The notes below the pieces were generated by a model. That model saw only the letters and a list, made by a program, of their open reading frames with translations, did not search any database and was not told the DNA's origin. 64,000 nt of DNA from Chitinivibrionales bacterium (GTDB lineage: Bacteria > Fibrobacterota > Chitinivibrionia > Chitinivibrionales > FEN-1185): positions 22,196 to 86,195 of the forward strand of contig DATJAL010000019.1 in the NCBI GenBank assembly GCA_035516255.1. The letters are read 5' to 3'. The position numbers were made by a program, and so were the translations under genes. Of the stretch, positions 9,831-19,279 are shown piece after piece; the stretch's first letter is position 1, and every line of letters starts with the position of its first letter.

Positions 9831-10449
9831 GCGGATACCTCTTGATGCGCTTCTGTCCGGTGCCGATGCCGGAACAAGGATGACGGCGCTCGCAAACCGC
9901 GTGATGAATGGCGCGGTTTTTATTTATCCTACAGAGACAATCTACGGCATTGGCGGCCGTGCGGACAGCAAGGAAGTTGAGAATCGCATCAGGTCAATCA
10001 AAGAACGGCAGAAAGTCTCGCCATTAATTTTGATAGCGGATGACATCAAGCAATTCAAATCCTTTCATCTCAATTTTCCCCCGAACGCAAAACTCCTTGC
10101 CGATAAATTCTGGCCGGGCAATATCACACTCGTTCTCCCTGCAAAAAACAGACCGGATGGGATAGGAGTCAGGATCTCGGATTATCCTTTCATCACCACG
10201 CTGTACACCCACATAGATGTGCCGATATTCTCCACGAGCGTGAATCTCAGCGATCAGCCGTACGTAAATGATCCGGATACTATTTACAAGTTGTTTGACG
10301 GGAAGATTGATTTCATGGTTGACGCAGGGAAATTGCCGGAGTCAAAGCCGTCAAGTGTAGTCAAAGTCAATGAAGATGGTGAAGTTGAAATAGTGAGGGA
10401 AGGAGTAATTCCTAAGGAAAAAATATTCCGGATTGTTAAAGACGAATAA
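9823..10449 (+). CDS. tsaC: L-threonylcarbamoyladenylate synthase (YrdC/TsaC family)
   Basis: PTETIYGIGG, FWPGNITLVL and SSVVKV blocks of the YrdC domain. About 208 aa with no Sua5 C-domain. Start uncertain (TTG 9823 overlapping purE, or ATG 9880). Confidence 0.85.
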   Translation: MTERIPLDALLSGADAGTRMTALANRVMNGAVFIYPTETIYGIGGRADSKEVENRIRSIKERQKVSPLILIADDIKQFKSFHLNFPPNAKLLADKFWPGNITLVLPAKNRPDGIGVRISDYPFITTLYTHIDVPIFSTSVNLSDQPYVNDPDTIYKLFDGKIDFMVDAGKLPESKPSSVVKVNEDGEVEIVREGVIPKEKIFRIVKDE

Positions 10450-10537
10450 TAAAACTGCATGGAATCCCGGTTTCGCGGGAACGACAGGCAAGGCATGGTA
10501 TATTACGCTTTAACGATTGACTTCCAACTTTCAACGC

Positions 10538-12541
10538 TCAACCTTCAACCCTCAAAACATGCGCCGGCTTCACCCCGGGCTCCAGCCTCACGTAATTCCA
10601 ATACCCATGCCACAGATATTGCTCGTCATTGAGCAGGTCCTTCACCGTATAAGCCGAATAATTGACATTCCCCAGCATTGACTCCGGAACGCCGACGGTT
10701 CCTTCATGGGTGTTGTGCGGATCAAGATTGACAACAACGATGATGCGGTTGTTCTTTTCCGGACAGATTTTTGCATAGGCGATGATATATGGACAGGTGG
10801 ATTCCAGCACGGAAAAATTCACTGATGACTGTAGCGCGGGATTTTCTTTTCTTACGGTGTTGATCCTTGAAATGACATTCTTGATGTTTCCCGGCGCGTC
10901 CAAGTCGCGCACTTTGATTTGATATTTCTCGGAGTCAATGTATTCCTCGCTGCCGGGTTTTAAAGCCTTGTTTTCGCAGAACTCAAACCCGCTGTAGATG
11001 CCGTAGGACGGCGACATGGTTGCGGCGAGCACGAGCCGGATAACGAACGCGGGCCTGCCGCCGTCCTGCAGGAAAGCATGCAGGATGTCGGGCGTATTGG
11101 CAAAGAAATTCGGCCTTAAATAATTGCGGACATCGGTGCAGAACAGCTCGCGGCCGTAGGATTCCAATTCTTCCTTGGAATTCCTCCATGTAAAGTATGT
11201 GTACGATTGCGTGAATCCGATTTTCGCAAGCCTTGCCATGCGCTTGGGCCGCGTGAACGCCTCGGCGAGGAACAGCACGTCCGGGTAGTCCTTGTGGATG
11301 GTGAAGATAAGCCATTCCCAGAAGCTTGCGGGCTTGGTGTGCGGATTGTCAACCCGGAAAATCTTCACCCCTCGTTTGATCCAGAACTGCACAACGCCGA
11401 ACAGCTCCCAATAAAGTCCGTCGCGGTTCTTGGTGTCAAAATCGATGGGGTAGATGTCCTTGTATTTTTTCGGCGGATTCTCGGCATATTTAATGGTGCC
11501 GTCCGGCCGCTGCCAGAACCATTCGGGATGCTCCTTTGCCCACGGGTGATCGGGCGAGCATTGGATGGCGAAGTCTAGCGCGAGCTCAATCCCCAGGCGT
11601 TTTGCTGCAGCGAGATAATGGTCGAAATCGGCGAGCGTGCCCAATTCGGGATTGATCGCGGTGTGGCCGCCCGCACTGCTGCCGATTGCCCAGCAGCTTC
11701 CCGGATCATTCGGCTTTGCATCACCCGTGTTGTTGGGTCCTCTCCGGAACGCCTTGCCGATAGGGTGGATCGGCGTCAGGTACAGAACGTCGAATCCAAG
11801 GGATGCAATGTAGGGGAGACGTTTCTCCGCCTCCTTGAATGTTGCGCTTCTGTTTGGATCGGTTCCCTGGGACCGCACGAAAATTTCATACCATGAACCG
11901 AACCGGGCCTTGTCGCGGTCGACCCACAGAGGCATTTGCAAATGGTACAGCACGGCGTCCCGGCGCGGGTCGCTGCGCAGCATGAGGTCAGCGAGTTTTT
12001 CGTCAAGCGCTGCGGCGACTTTCTCGGATACTTCGCCATTGTCTTTGATGAGGTTGCAGGACTTCCGCAGCGTGCCGGCATCGGCAGCCCCTGATTTTAG
12101 TGTGCCAAGAACATGCTCGATGATCCGCGCTCCCTCGAGCAGCTCGCTGGAAACGTCATCCATGGCCTCGGCTTTTTTCTTCAACCCGTCGCGCCATGAC
12201 CCGAACACATCGGTCCATGCGCAGATGGTAAACACCCAGTCGCCAATGCTGTCGCAGGTGATTGTCCCCAGCCACCGGTCATTCACCTCTTCGGAAAGGG
12301 GGGACTCGCGCCATTCCGTATCGTCAAGCATTGGCGCTTCGCGGCAATAGGTTTTGGAAACCGGCTGCATCCTCTTTACCGGTTTATACAGGACGGCGGC
12401 GCGCAGTTTATCATGGCCGTCCTTGAAAATGTCGGCGGAGACACCGATCGCTTCGTTGACAACCGCCTTTGCGGCAAAACGCCCGTTGTCAACCGCCGGG
12501 CTCACTCCTTCGATGATGATGCGGCACTGGTCAATGGCCAT
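10538..12541 (-). CDS. glgE: Alpha-1,4-glucan:maltose-1-phosphate maltosyltransferase
   Basis: N-terminus MAIDQCRIIIEGVSPAVDNGRFAAKAV is typical of GlgE. GH13 blocks FRVDNPHTKP, FLAEAFT and YTYFTWRN. I trim the track ORF to ATG 12541, because the upstream 99 codons overlap glgA and look non-protein-like. Confidence 0.9.
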   Translation of the reverse strand: MAIDQCRIIIEGVSPAVDNGRFAAKAVVNEAIGVSADIFKDGHDKLRAAVLYKPVKRMQPVSKTYCREAPMLDDTEWRESPLSEEVNDRWLGTITCDSIGDWVFTICAWTDVFGSWRDGLKKKAEAMDDVSSELLEGARIIEHVLGTLKSGAADAGTLRKSCNLIKDNGEVSEKVAAALDEKLADLMLRSDPRRDAVLYHLQMPLWVDRDKARFGSWYEIFVRSQGTDPNRSATFKEAEKRLPYIASLGFDVLYLTPIHPIGKAFRRGPNNTGDAKPNDPGSCWAIGSSAGGHTAINPELGTLADFDHYLAAAKRLGIELALDFAIQCSPDHPWAKEHPEWFWQRPDGTIKYAENPPKKYKDIYPIDFDTKNRDGLYWELFGVVQFWIKRGVKIFRVDNPHTKPASFWEWLIFTIHKDYPDVLFLAEAFTRPKRMARLAKIGFTQSYTYFTWRNSKEELESYGRELFCTDVRNYLRPNFFANTPDILHAFLQDGGRPAFVIRLVLAATMSPSYGIYSGFEFCENKALKPGSEEYIDSEKYQIKVRDLDAPGNIKNVISRINTVRKENPALQSSVNFSVLESTCPYIIAYAKICPEKNNRIIVVVNLDPHNTHEGTVGVPESMLGNVNYSAYTVKDLLNDEQYLWHGYWNYVRLEPGVKPAHVLRVEG

Positions 12542-12554
12542 GGATGGTTTTACC

Positions 12555-13709
12555 TCACGAGTGTTCTTTGATGACTTCGGCATACATGTCTTTTGTCTTT
12601 TTCGCAATTGAGGCCCAGGAAAATATCTTCTCCACACGGAGCCTTCCAGCTTTCCCCATTTTTTTCGCGAGCTTGCGGTCGCGCAGGAGCCTGTTGATGG
12701 CGTCAGCGAGCGCCTTCGGGTCGGCAGGCGGCACGAGGAGCCCTGTTTCGTCCGGCACCACCACTTCCTGGATGCCGCCCACGGCGCTTGCCACCACGGG
12801 TGTTTCGCAGGCCATGGCCTCGAGGTTGATGATGCCAAACGGCTCGTACACCGAAGGACATACGAAGAGGCAGGCGTTGGTGTAGAGCTCCATGGCCTGG
12901 TCCTCGCGCAGCATGGTGTTGATCCATGTCACGCGTTTCTGCCTGGCGACTTTTGCGGCGATTTCCTTCTCAACCTCTGGCGTGTCGGGCGCCGAGGTGC
13001 AGCACACGAGGCGCACGCCGGGATCGACGTATTCCATTGCGTCAAGAAGGTGCATCATGCCTTTCTGGCGGCTCGTGCGCCCGAGGAACAGGATATAGTC
13101 CCCGGCGATTTCGTAGGCGCGCAGCGTGTCCGTGCCCGTTGCGGGTCGCCATGTGTCAAGGTCGATGCCGTTGTGGATCACCGCGATGTTCTTTTCGTCA
13201 ACGTTGAAATGCTCGAGGATCTCGCGCCGCGCGTGTTTCGACACGGCGACGATGCGGTTGGCATTTTCGAGCGCGACCTTCTCGACCCAGGTGGTGAGAT
13301 GGTAGGATCTGCCGAGCTGCTCCTCCTTCCACGGACGCAGCGGCTCCAGGCTGTGCACCGTTGCAACGTAGGGAACGTTGTACAGCACCTTTGCCATGAA
13401 GCCAGCCAGCGCGCCGTACCACGTGTGTGAATGCACGATGTCAGCGTCGATGGGGTCACGTACCATGGAAAGGTTGGTTGAAAACGTGCCGAGCGCGCTG
13501 TTGAACAGCGGATTGTCGCCCTCCCACATGCGGGGCCACGCCTGATAACCCTTCACCCTGAGCCTGCCGTTTTCTGCGGCCTGGTCGCCCACGCAGCGCA
13601 CTTCCACGTCAATGTACTTGGCCACGGACGCGGCGAGGTTCTTGATGTGTACGCCGGCCCCGCCGTAAACGTAGGGAGGATATTCTCTTGTAAAGTAAAC
13701 GACCTTCAC
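12555..13709 (-). CDS. glgA: GT4 glycogen synthase of the Corynebacterium/Mycobacterium type; probable alpha-maltose-1-phosphate synthase (GlgM-like)
   Basis: GTG start. REYPPYVYGGAGVH, HSHTWY, HSLEPLRPWKEEQLG, GRTSRQKG and PSVYEPFGIINLEAMAC blocks follow, as I recall it, the mycobacterial GlgA/GlgM sequence. Sits between glgC and glgE. Confidence 0.85.
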   Translation of the reverse strand: MKVVYFTREYPPYVYGGAGVHIKNLAASVAKYIDVEVRCVGDQAAENGRLRVKGYQAWPRMWEGDNPLFNSALGTFSTNLSMVRDPIDADIVHSHTWYGALAGFMAKVLYNVPYVATVHSLEPLRPWKEEQLGRSYHLTTWVEKVALENANRIVAVSKHARREILEHFNVDEKNIAVIHNGIDLDTWRPATGTDTLRAYEIAGDYILFLGRTSRQKGMMHLLDAMEYVDPGVRLVCCTSAPDTPEVEKEIAAKVARQKRVTWINTMLREDQAMELYTNACLFVCPSVYEPFGIINLEAMACETPVVASAVGGIQEVVVPDETGLLVPPADPKALADAINRLLRDRKLAKKMGKAGRLRVEKIFSWASIAKKTKDMYAEVIKEHS

Positions 13710-13718
13710 GATGCGCCT

Positions 13719-14987
13719 TTACTTTCCCGCCTTGCGCGGAAAGATGCTTTCTCCCGGTCCAACGGGTTTTTTAAAGCATTCTTCACCCGCCTCGGGATGG
13801 ATGATGCAGTTGCGGCCGATGGTTGCCTTTGCCGGTATGCGCACTTCCATGCCCACGACCGTTGCGCCGCAGGTGAGCGACCGCGGCATTTCCTTGCACG
13901 GCGACGTTTTTCCGTCACCGACCACCGACGCCGCTCCGAACACGGCGCGTTTGTCTGAGATTACTTTGTCAAGGACCGCGCCTTCCTTGACGATCACATC
14001 GTCCCAAAGAACGGAGTTGGAAACCACCGCGCCCTTCTCGACCTTGACGCCGGGAGAAAGCACGCTGTTGCGCACGGTGCCGGCGATCTCGCAGCCTTCG
14101 GATACGAGCGAGTTTTTTACCGACGCCTGCGGCAGGCAGCGCGTGGGCGCGGGAAGCTTGAGCAGGGTGTTGGAGCGGATCTTCCATTCGTTCAGATTGA
14201 CTTTCGGCGAAGGGCCCAGAAGGTTCTGGTGAAACTCGTAGTATTCGTCAAGCGTGCGGGTGTAATACCATTCACCGTTGAAGGTGTATCCGTAGGCGGA
14301 GCGCCGCGGGATGAGACGCCTGATTATCTCGTGGAATTGAACCGTGCTCACTTCGTCTTTCCCCGAAGCGGCGCGCAGCAGTTCGTCAACAAGCACCTGG
14401 CGCTTGAACAGATACACGCCGATGGAAGCAAGGTTGGTGCGCGGATACTCCGGTTTTTCCGTGAAATTCACGATCTGCCCGACTGAATTGAGCTCGCCGA
14501 TCCCGAAGCGTGAGGGCTGCTCGCTGACGGGTTTGAACGCCATGGAAACGTCCGCTGCGCGCTCCTTGTGGAAGCTGAGAAACGTGGTGTAGTCCATGTT
14601 GCAAACGTGGTCGCCGGACACGATGAGCACGTCCTCGGGCTGGTTTTTCTCTATGAAATCGATGTTCTGGTACAGCGCATCGGCAGGACCGCGGTAGAAT
14701 TCGCCGCGATCGGGGCCGATGTAGGGGGAAAGGAACCGCACCGCCCTGTCGGTGCCCACAAGGTCCCACGCCATGCCGATGCCCACGTGGTTGACAAGCG
14801 AGGCGGGCCGGTACTGGGCGAGGATGCCCACGCGGCCGATGCCCGCGTTGGCAAGGTTGGTGAGCGCGAAATCGATGGTGCGGTAGGAGCCGGCAAAGAT
14901 AACCGCGGCCTTTGCGCGGCGTTCGGTGAGGACCGCAAGTTCCTCAACCCTGCCGGCTGCGAAAATCATGGCGATAGTTTTTTGCAT
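13719..14987 (-). CDS. glgC: Glucose-1-phosphate adenylyltransferase
   Basis: IFAAG..L..LT..RAKAAV.FAG.YR.IDF.L.N, LAQYRP, VSGDHV and a C-terminal left-handed beta-helix region. First gene of the minus-strand glgC-glgA-glgE run. Confidence 0.85.
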   Translation of the reverse strand: MQKTIAMIFAAGRVEELAVLTERRAKAAVIFAGSYRTIDFALTNLANAGIGRVGILAQYRPASLVNHVGIGMAWDLVGTDRAVRFLSPYIGPDRGEFYRGPADALYQNIDFIEKNQPEDVLIVSGDHVCNMDYTTFLSFHKERAADVSMAFKPVSEQPSRFGIGELNSVGQIVNFTEKPEYPRTNLASIGVYLFKRQVLVDELLRAASGKDEVSTVQFHEIIRRLIPRRSAYGYTFNGEWYYTRTLDEYYEFHQNLLGPSPKVNLNEWKIRSNTLLKLPAPTRCLPQASVKNSLVSEGCEIAGTVRNSVLSPGVKVEKGAVVSNSVLWDDVIVKEGAVLDKVISDKRAVFGAASVVGDGKTSPCKEMPRSLTCGATVVGMEVRIPAKATIGRNCIIHPEAGEECFKKPVGPGESIFPRKAGK

Positions 14988-15208
14988 AGGGGATACCTGC
15001 GTTGAGTATAACTGACTGAGGAACAGGACATTACGTTGTCTTAGTTTCAGCTATTGATTATACTACATGGTTAAAGAATTGACAAGCGACTTGAGGTGTT
15101 TGGACAGGAGGGAATTTTGATAAAAGAAAATTTGTGGATAATTCTTTTTAGTGAACGGATTTTACGGTTCCTGCAAATGTAATTCAGGAAGTATATTTTA
15201 TCAAATTC

Positions 15209-16771
15209 ATGGAATCCAATAGCTCACCGGCAACTTCCAAAGCGCAACGCCCCCGGCTTCTCCTCATCAATCCGTACGCGGAAATAAAGCAGTATGTTTC
15301 CAACGTTGGATTTGCAAGGTTGATAGGAAAAAAAGTCACAACGACCCCGCTTGCATTGCCTCTGCTCGCCGCACTCACACCTTCCCGCTGGGAGGTGAGG
15401 ATCATCGATGAGGAGCTCGAGCCGCTGCCGCAGGATATCACCGCCGACCTTGTCGGCATCACCGCGCTTTCAAACACCGTTGACCGGGCCTACGTCATTG
15501 CCGACTCCCTGCGCAAAAGGGGGATGAAGGTGGTGATGGGCGGGCCCAGCGCGAGCTGCAACGTGCACGAGGCGCTTTTGCACGCGGACGGCGTGGTGAT
15601 CGGCGAGGCCGAGGAGGTGTGGAAGTCCTGTCTTGACGATTGCGAAGCAGGGCGGCTTGCAAAGACCTACAAGGCGGATAAACCGGCGCCGTATAAAACA
15701 TCGCCGCGTCCGCGCTGGGACCTGATTGACACCAAGAACCTGGCCGCAATGCCGGTGCAGGTGTCGCGCGGGTGCCCGCACCACTGCGATTTCTGCCTTG
15801 TGTCCGAGCTCTTCGGCATTGCCATGCGCTACCGCGATGTTGACGACGTCGTCGATGAAATAAAATCGCTTCCCATGAAGACAATATTTTTCGTGGATGA
15901 CAACCTTACCGCAAACAAGGAATACGCCGCACGGCTCATGAAGCGCATCATGCCGCTCGGGGTGAAATGGATGTCCCAGGCGAGCATGGAGATCGCCAAA
16001 CACCCGGATCTGCTCGAGGACATGGCCAGGGCCGGTTGCATGCACATTCTTGTCGGCTTTGAATCAATGAACGAAGCAAGCCTCGGCGAGGCTCACAAGC
16101 GCCATAACGACATCCGCGCGTACGCTGGCGCAGTTCGCGCCATCAACGAACACGGCATCCACGTCAACGCCTCCATGATCGTGGGGTTCGACAACGACAC
16201 GCCTGATGAGTTCAAGAAGATCTACGATTTCATACACGCGGAAAATTTATGGTATGTCAACCTCAACCTCCTCGACGCGATCCCGGGAACGTCGCTGCAC
16301 CGCCGCATCGCGGCCGAGGGCCGCTGGGTCAACCGGCCCAACAACCTGACCGGCGGCATGTTTCCCACAATCAGATACAAACAAATGACGCAGGTTGAAC
16401 TTTTCGACGGGTTCATGCACACCATGCGGCGGCTCTATTCGTGGGACGACCTGCATGACCGGATCACGGCGCTGTTTTCCACCGGATGGTTCAACAGGCC
16501 GGAACATAATCCCGATATTTCCCTGCTTGACAAGATACTCATGACCTTTAAGATCGTCTGGCTGTTCTTGATAGCGGGCGGTCCCGCCAAGCGCCGCGTT
16601 TTCCTTTCGCTTTTCAGGCTCATACGGAAGCGCCGCGTGACGCCCGAAAAAGTGGTGTTTTTCCTCATGACCGTCGAGGGAATGAACAGGCTCACGCGGC
16701 AGTTGCTCCCCGACGTTCCCGGTTGGCGTGACAAATTCGCATCCGTGGATGCGATAACTTCCGAAAAGTAG
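15209..16771 (+). CDS. B12-binding domain radical SAM protein (DUF4070-like C-terminus)
   Basis: N-terminal Rossmann-like B12-binding region (DLVGITA..., VVMGGP). Radical SAM cluster motif VSRGCPHHCDFC (CxxxCxxC). Confidence 0.88.
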   Translation: MESNSSPATSKAQRPRLLLINPYAEIKQYVSNVGFARLIGKKVTTTPLALPLLAALTPSRWEVRIIDEELEPLPQDITADLVGITALSNTVDRAYVIADSLRKRGMKVVMGGPSASCNVHEALLHADGVVIGEAEEVWKSCLDDCEAGRLAKTYKADKPAPYKTSPRPRWDLIDTKNLAAMPVQVSRGCPHHCDFCLVSELFGIAMRYRDVDDVVDEIKSLPMKTIFFVDDNLTANKEYAARLMKRIMPLGVKWMSQASMEIAKHPDLLEDMARAGCMHILVGFESMNEASLGEAHKRHNDIRAYAGAVRAINEHGIHVNASMIVGFDNDTPDEFKKIYDFIHAENLWYVNLNLLDAIPGTSLHRRIAAEGRWVNRPNNLTGGMFPTIRYKQMTQVELFDGFMHTMRRLYSWDDLHDRITALFSTGWFNRPEHNPDISLLDKILMTFKIVWLFLIAGGPAKRRVFLSLFRLIRKRRVTPEKVVFFLMTVEGMNRLTRQLLPDVPGWRDKFASVDAITSEK

Positions 16772-16814
16772 TATTTTAAAAATGCATCGGCAGTTCACTT
16801 AACAGGAGGCGAAT

Positions 16815-17354
16815 GTGAAAATGGGCTTTTTATTCAGCGGCATTTTCTGGGGCAGCATCCTTATTCTCCTCGGCGTTTCCCTCATCATCAGGATTATGTT
16901 CAATATCCACGTTCCCTTGTTCAGGATCATTGTTGCATTGATTCTCATCTATTTCGGCGTACGCGTTCTTGTAGGAGGCTCATGGTTCAGGCCGTGCTGC
17001 GGAACGAACACCGTTGTGTTTTCCGAAGTGAAAACCGAAATGTCAAAGGACTCTAACGACTACAACATCATTTTCGGAAAGGGGAGCGTGAGCTTCACCG
17101 ACAGCGCGCTGGCCGCGCAGAATCGCAGGGTCAGAGTGAATGCCATTTTCGGAGCAGGGGAGATCAGGATCAACCCGGAACTGCCGGCAATTGTGCGCGT
17201 CAATTCGGCTTTTTCCGGGGCCAGGATGCCCGATGGGAACATTGTTTCGTTCGGCGAATATACCTACAAGACCAAGGCATATTCAGAAAAGTCCCCGGCG
17301 CTCAAGATTGACGCCACGGTGGTGTTCGGGGGACTGGAAATTACGACGCAATGA
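16815..17354 (+). CDS. Membrane protein, LiaF/DUF2154-like
   Basis: Two N-terminal TM helices (FWGSILILLGVSLII, IVALILIYFGVRVLV). C-terminal repeated beta pattern VNAIFGAGEIRI ... ATVVFGGLEI. Start is GTG 16815 or ATG 16821. Confidence 0.5.
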   Translation: MKMGFLFSGIFWGSILILLGVSLIIRIMFNIHVPLFRIIVALILIYFGVRVLVGGSWFRPCCGTNTVVFSEVKTEMSKDSNDYNIIFGKGSVSFTDSALAAQNRRVRVNAIFGAGEIRINPELPAIVRVNSAFSGARMPDGNIVSFGEYTYKTKAYSEKSPALKIDATVVFGGLEITTQ

Positions 17355-17491
17355 TCAGCTTTAACGATTTTAAAATTCCTCTTGGACAAACTGATAAGTG
17401 AAATATATGCCGGACCTTTGTCTGCTGATCAGACATTTTGCAATGGTCAGACAGCCGCCTTCCAAACAATTAAACCCAAATAATGAAATAG

Positions 17492-18189
17492 CCCGTTTTA
17501 TTGAGAGAGATATCATTGTATTTTGATGATATAATCATTAACGGAATAAACACCCAACGGGTTGCGTGAAAAATGGATACCAATGAGATGATAATCGAAT
17601 ACAGTGACCGGGATGTAAGTGCGTGGGGCGGGATGAAGTTGATGAAGGATTTTCTTGACCGCACGGGGATTCGCGAACAGCTGCGGTGAGTTTCGTTGCC
17701 TATCGAGAGACGTCCGAAAGCCAGCGGGAAACAGTTATTGTTCGATGACGCAGAATGCCGTACCTATCGCTGCAGTGTGTTTGTCACGAATCTCGATTTA
17801 CCGATGCTCCAAGTATGGAGCATGTACCGAGACCGGGCGGATGCCGAGAACCGGATTCGTGAATTGAAGTACGACTTTGGAATAGCTAGTTTTTGTCTCA
17901 GCAAATTTTTTGCAACGGAAGCGGCTTTTCGGTCGATCATGGTGGCGTATAATCTGATAAGTCTGTTCAGGCAATTTGTCCTGCGTCAGAAAAACCAGAC
18001 AACATTGAGCGCATTACGTTTCAAATGCTTTGCATTAGGAGCGTGGATAAGCAAACATGCACATCAAAGGGCGCTGAAAATTTCTTTGGCAAGGGAAAAA
18101 CGAGCTTGGCTGGATGGATTGTTCGATATCGCTCGCTCTTCTTCGCCACCTTGTTCAGTTTCTAATGCATAAAACGGGTTTAATTTATT
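17492..18189 (+). mobile_element. Internally deleted IS1380-family element (non-autonomous remnant)
   Basis: Terminal inverted repeats CCCGTTTTAT (17492-17501) and ATAAAACGGG (18180-18189). Only about 0.7 kb and carries broken transposase frames. Confidence 0.6.
17573..18172 (+). pseudogene. IS1380-family transposase pseudogene (N-terminal 38 codons plus out-of-frame C-terminal 158 codons)
   Basis: MDTNEMIIEYSDRDVSAWGGMKLMKDFLDRTGIREQLR then stop at 17687. The C-terminal frame has YRDRADAENRIRELKYDFG..SFCL..F.ATEAAFR..MVAYNLISLFRQ, typical of the IS1380 DDE transposase tail. The central catalytic part is missing. Confidence 0.75.
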
Positions 18190-18433
18190 ACCGCTAAGAA
18201 ATAAAAAAGCCTGCTTTCGATCACACCGTTAAATATTCCAATTAATCAAACTTCAAGATGTTATGCCAGTTTACTATTCAAAGTTTCTCTTACCGCCAGT
18301 AAGAAAAAATCATTGGTAAATTACTTGAAATATCGTAATATTATAGAAAGATTTGGCGTGAGAACTTGGGTGGAATCCAGCGTGTTGACGTGAGGCGCCC
18401 AATTGTTTTTTCACCGTCAAACAAGGTTTTATT

Positions 18434-19279
18434 ATGCCCAATCTCTACGAATATGTCAACTACCGGCTGTATCTCCAGGACTTTCTCGCCGAGCACAAGA
18501 AAGACACCGGGCCCGATTTCTCCCACAAGGTGATCCTTGCGAAAATGGGAATCTCCTCGACCGGATTCCTCTCCAACGTCATGGCCGGCCGGAAGAACCT
18601 CACGCCGATCCAGATCATCAAGCTCGCCAAGATCCTCAAGATGAACAAGGCCGAGGCGGCCTATTTCGAGGCCATGGTATATTTCACGCAGGCGAAGGTC
18701 ATCGACGAGAAGAACGAATATTTCAACCGCCTCGTCACGTTGCAGAAAGTAAACCTCAAGGTCCTCGACAAGAAGAAAATGTCCGTTTTCTCCAAATGGT
18801 ATTATGTGGTAATCAGGGAACTGCTGTATTTTTACAACTATTCAGGAGGCAATCCTTCGGCGCTCGGCCACAAGGTGGAACCGACCATACGGCACACCGA
18901 GGCGAACCAAGCGATCAAATATTTGGAGGAGCTGGGGCTCATCCAAAAGGACAAGGACGGGAATTTCCGGCAGGTGGAAAACGCCGTTACTTCGGGCGAC
19001 GAGGTGAAATCACTGCACCTCACGAATTTCCAACTTGCCACCATGGAGCTTGCGAAAAGGGCGATCCAGAAGATCCCGGCTGCGGAGCGCGACGTTTCGG
19101 TGCTCACCATGACCTTGTCGCCCGACACTTTTCAAATGGTGAAATCGGAATTACAGCACATCAGGAAGCGAATCGCCAAAATCGCGGTTGACGAAGACAA
19201 ACCCGACAGGGTGTATCAGCTCAACATTCAATTTTTCCCGGTGACAAAAAAGCCGGAAGGGCAAGCTGGCAATGGATAG
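18434..19279 (+). CDS. TIGR02147-like family protein (Fibrobacter-type paralogous family, probable HTH regulator)
   Basis: N-terminus YEYVNYRLYLQDFLAEHKK....FS.K.....MGISSTGFLSNVMAGRKNLT matches my memory of the TIGR02147 family signature. Stop overlaps the next gene start by 8 nt. Confidence 0.8.
   Translation: MPNLYEYVNYRLYLQDFLAEHKKDTGPDFSHKVILAKMGISSTGFLSNVMAGRKNLTPIQIIKLAKILKMNKAEAAYFEAMVYFTQAKVIDEKNEYFNRLVTLQKVNLKVLDKKKMSVFSKWYYVVIRELLYFYNYSGGNPSALGHKVEPTIRHTEANQAIKYLEELGLIQKDKDGNFRQVENAVTSGDEVKSLHLTNFQLATMELAKRAIQKIPAAERDVSVLTMTLSPDTFQMVKSELQHIRKRIAKIAVDEDKPDRVYQLNIQFFPVTKKPEGQAGNG

Noticed and set aside
12542-12838. The 99-codon N-terminal extension of the glgE ORF given by the track (766 aa)
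   Set aside because: It overlaps the 3' end of glgA on the same strand. Its W/R/S/C-rich composition is not protein-like. A canonical GlgE N-terminus (MAIDQCRIIIEGV) starts at ATG 12541, just after the glgA stop.
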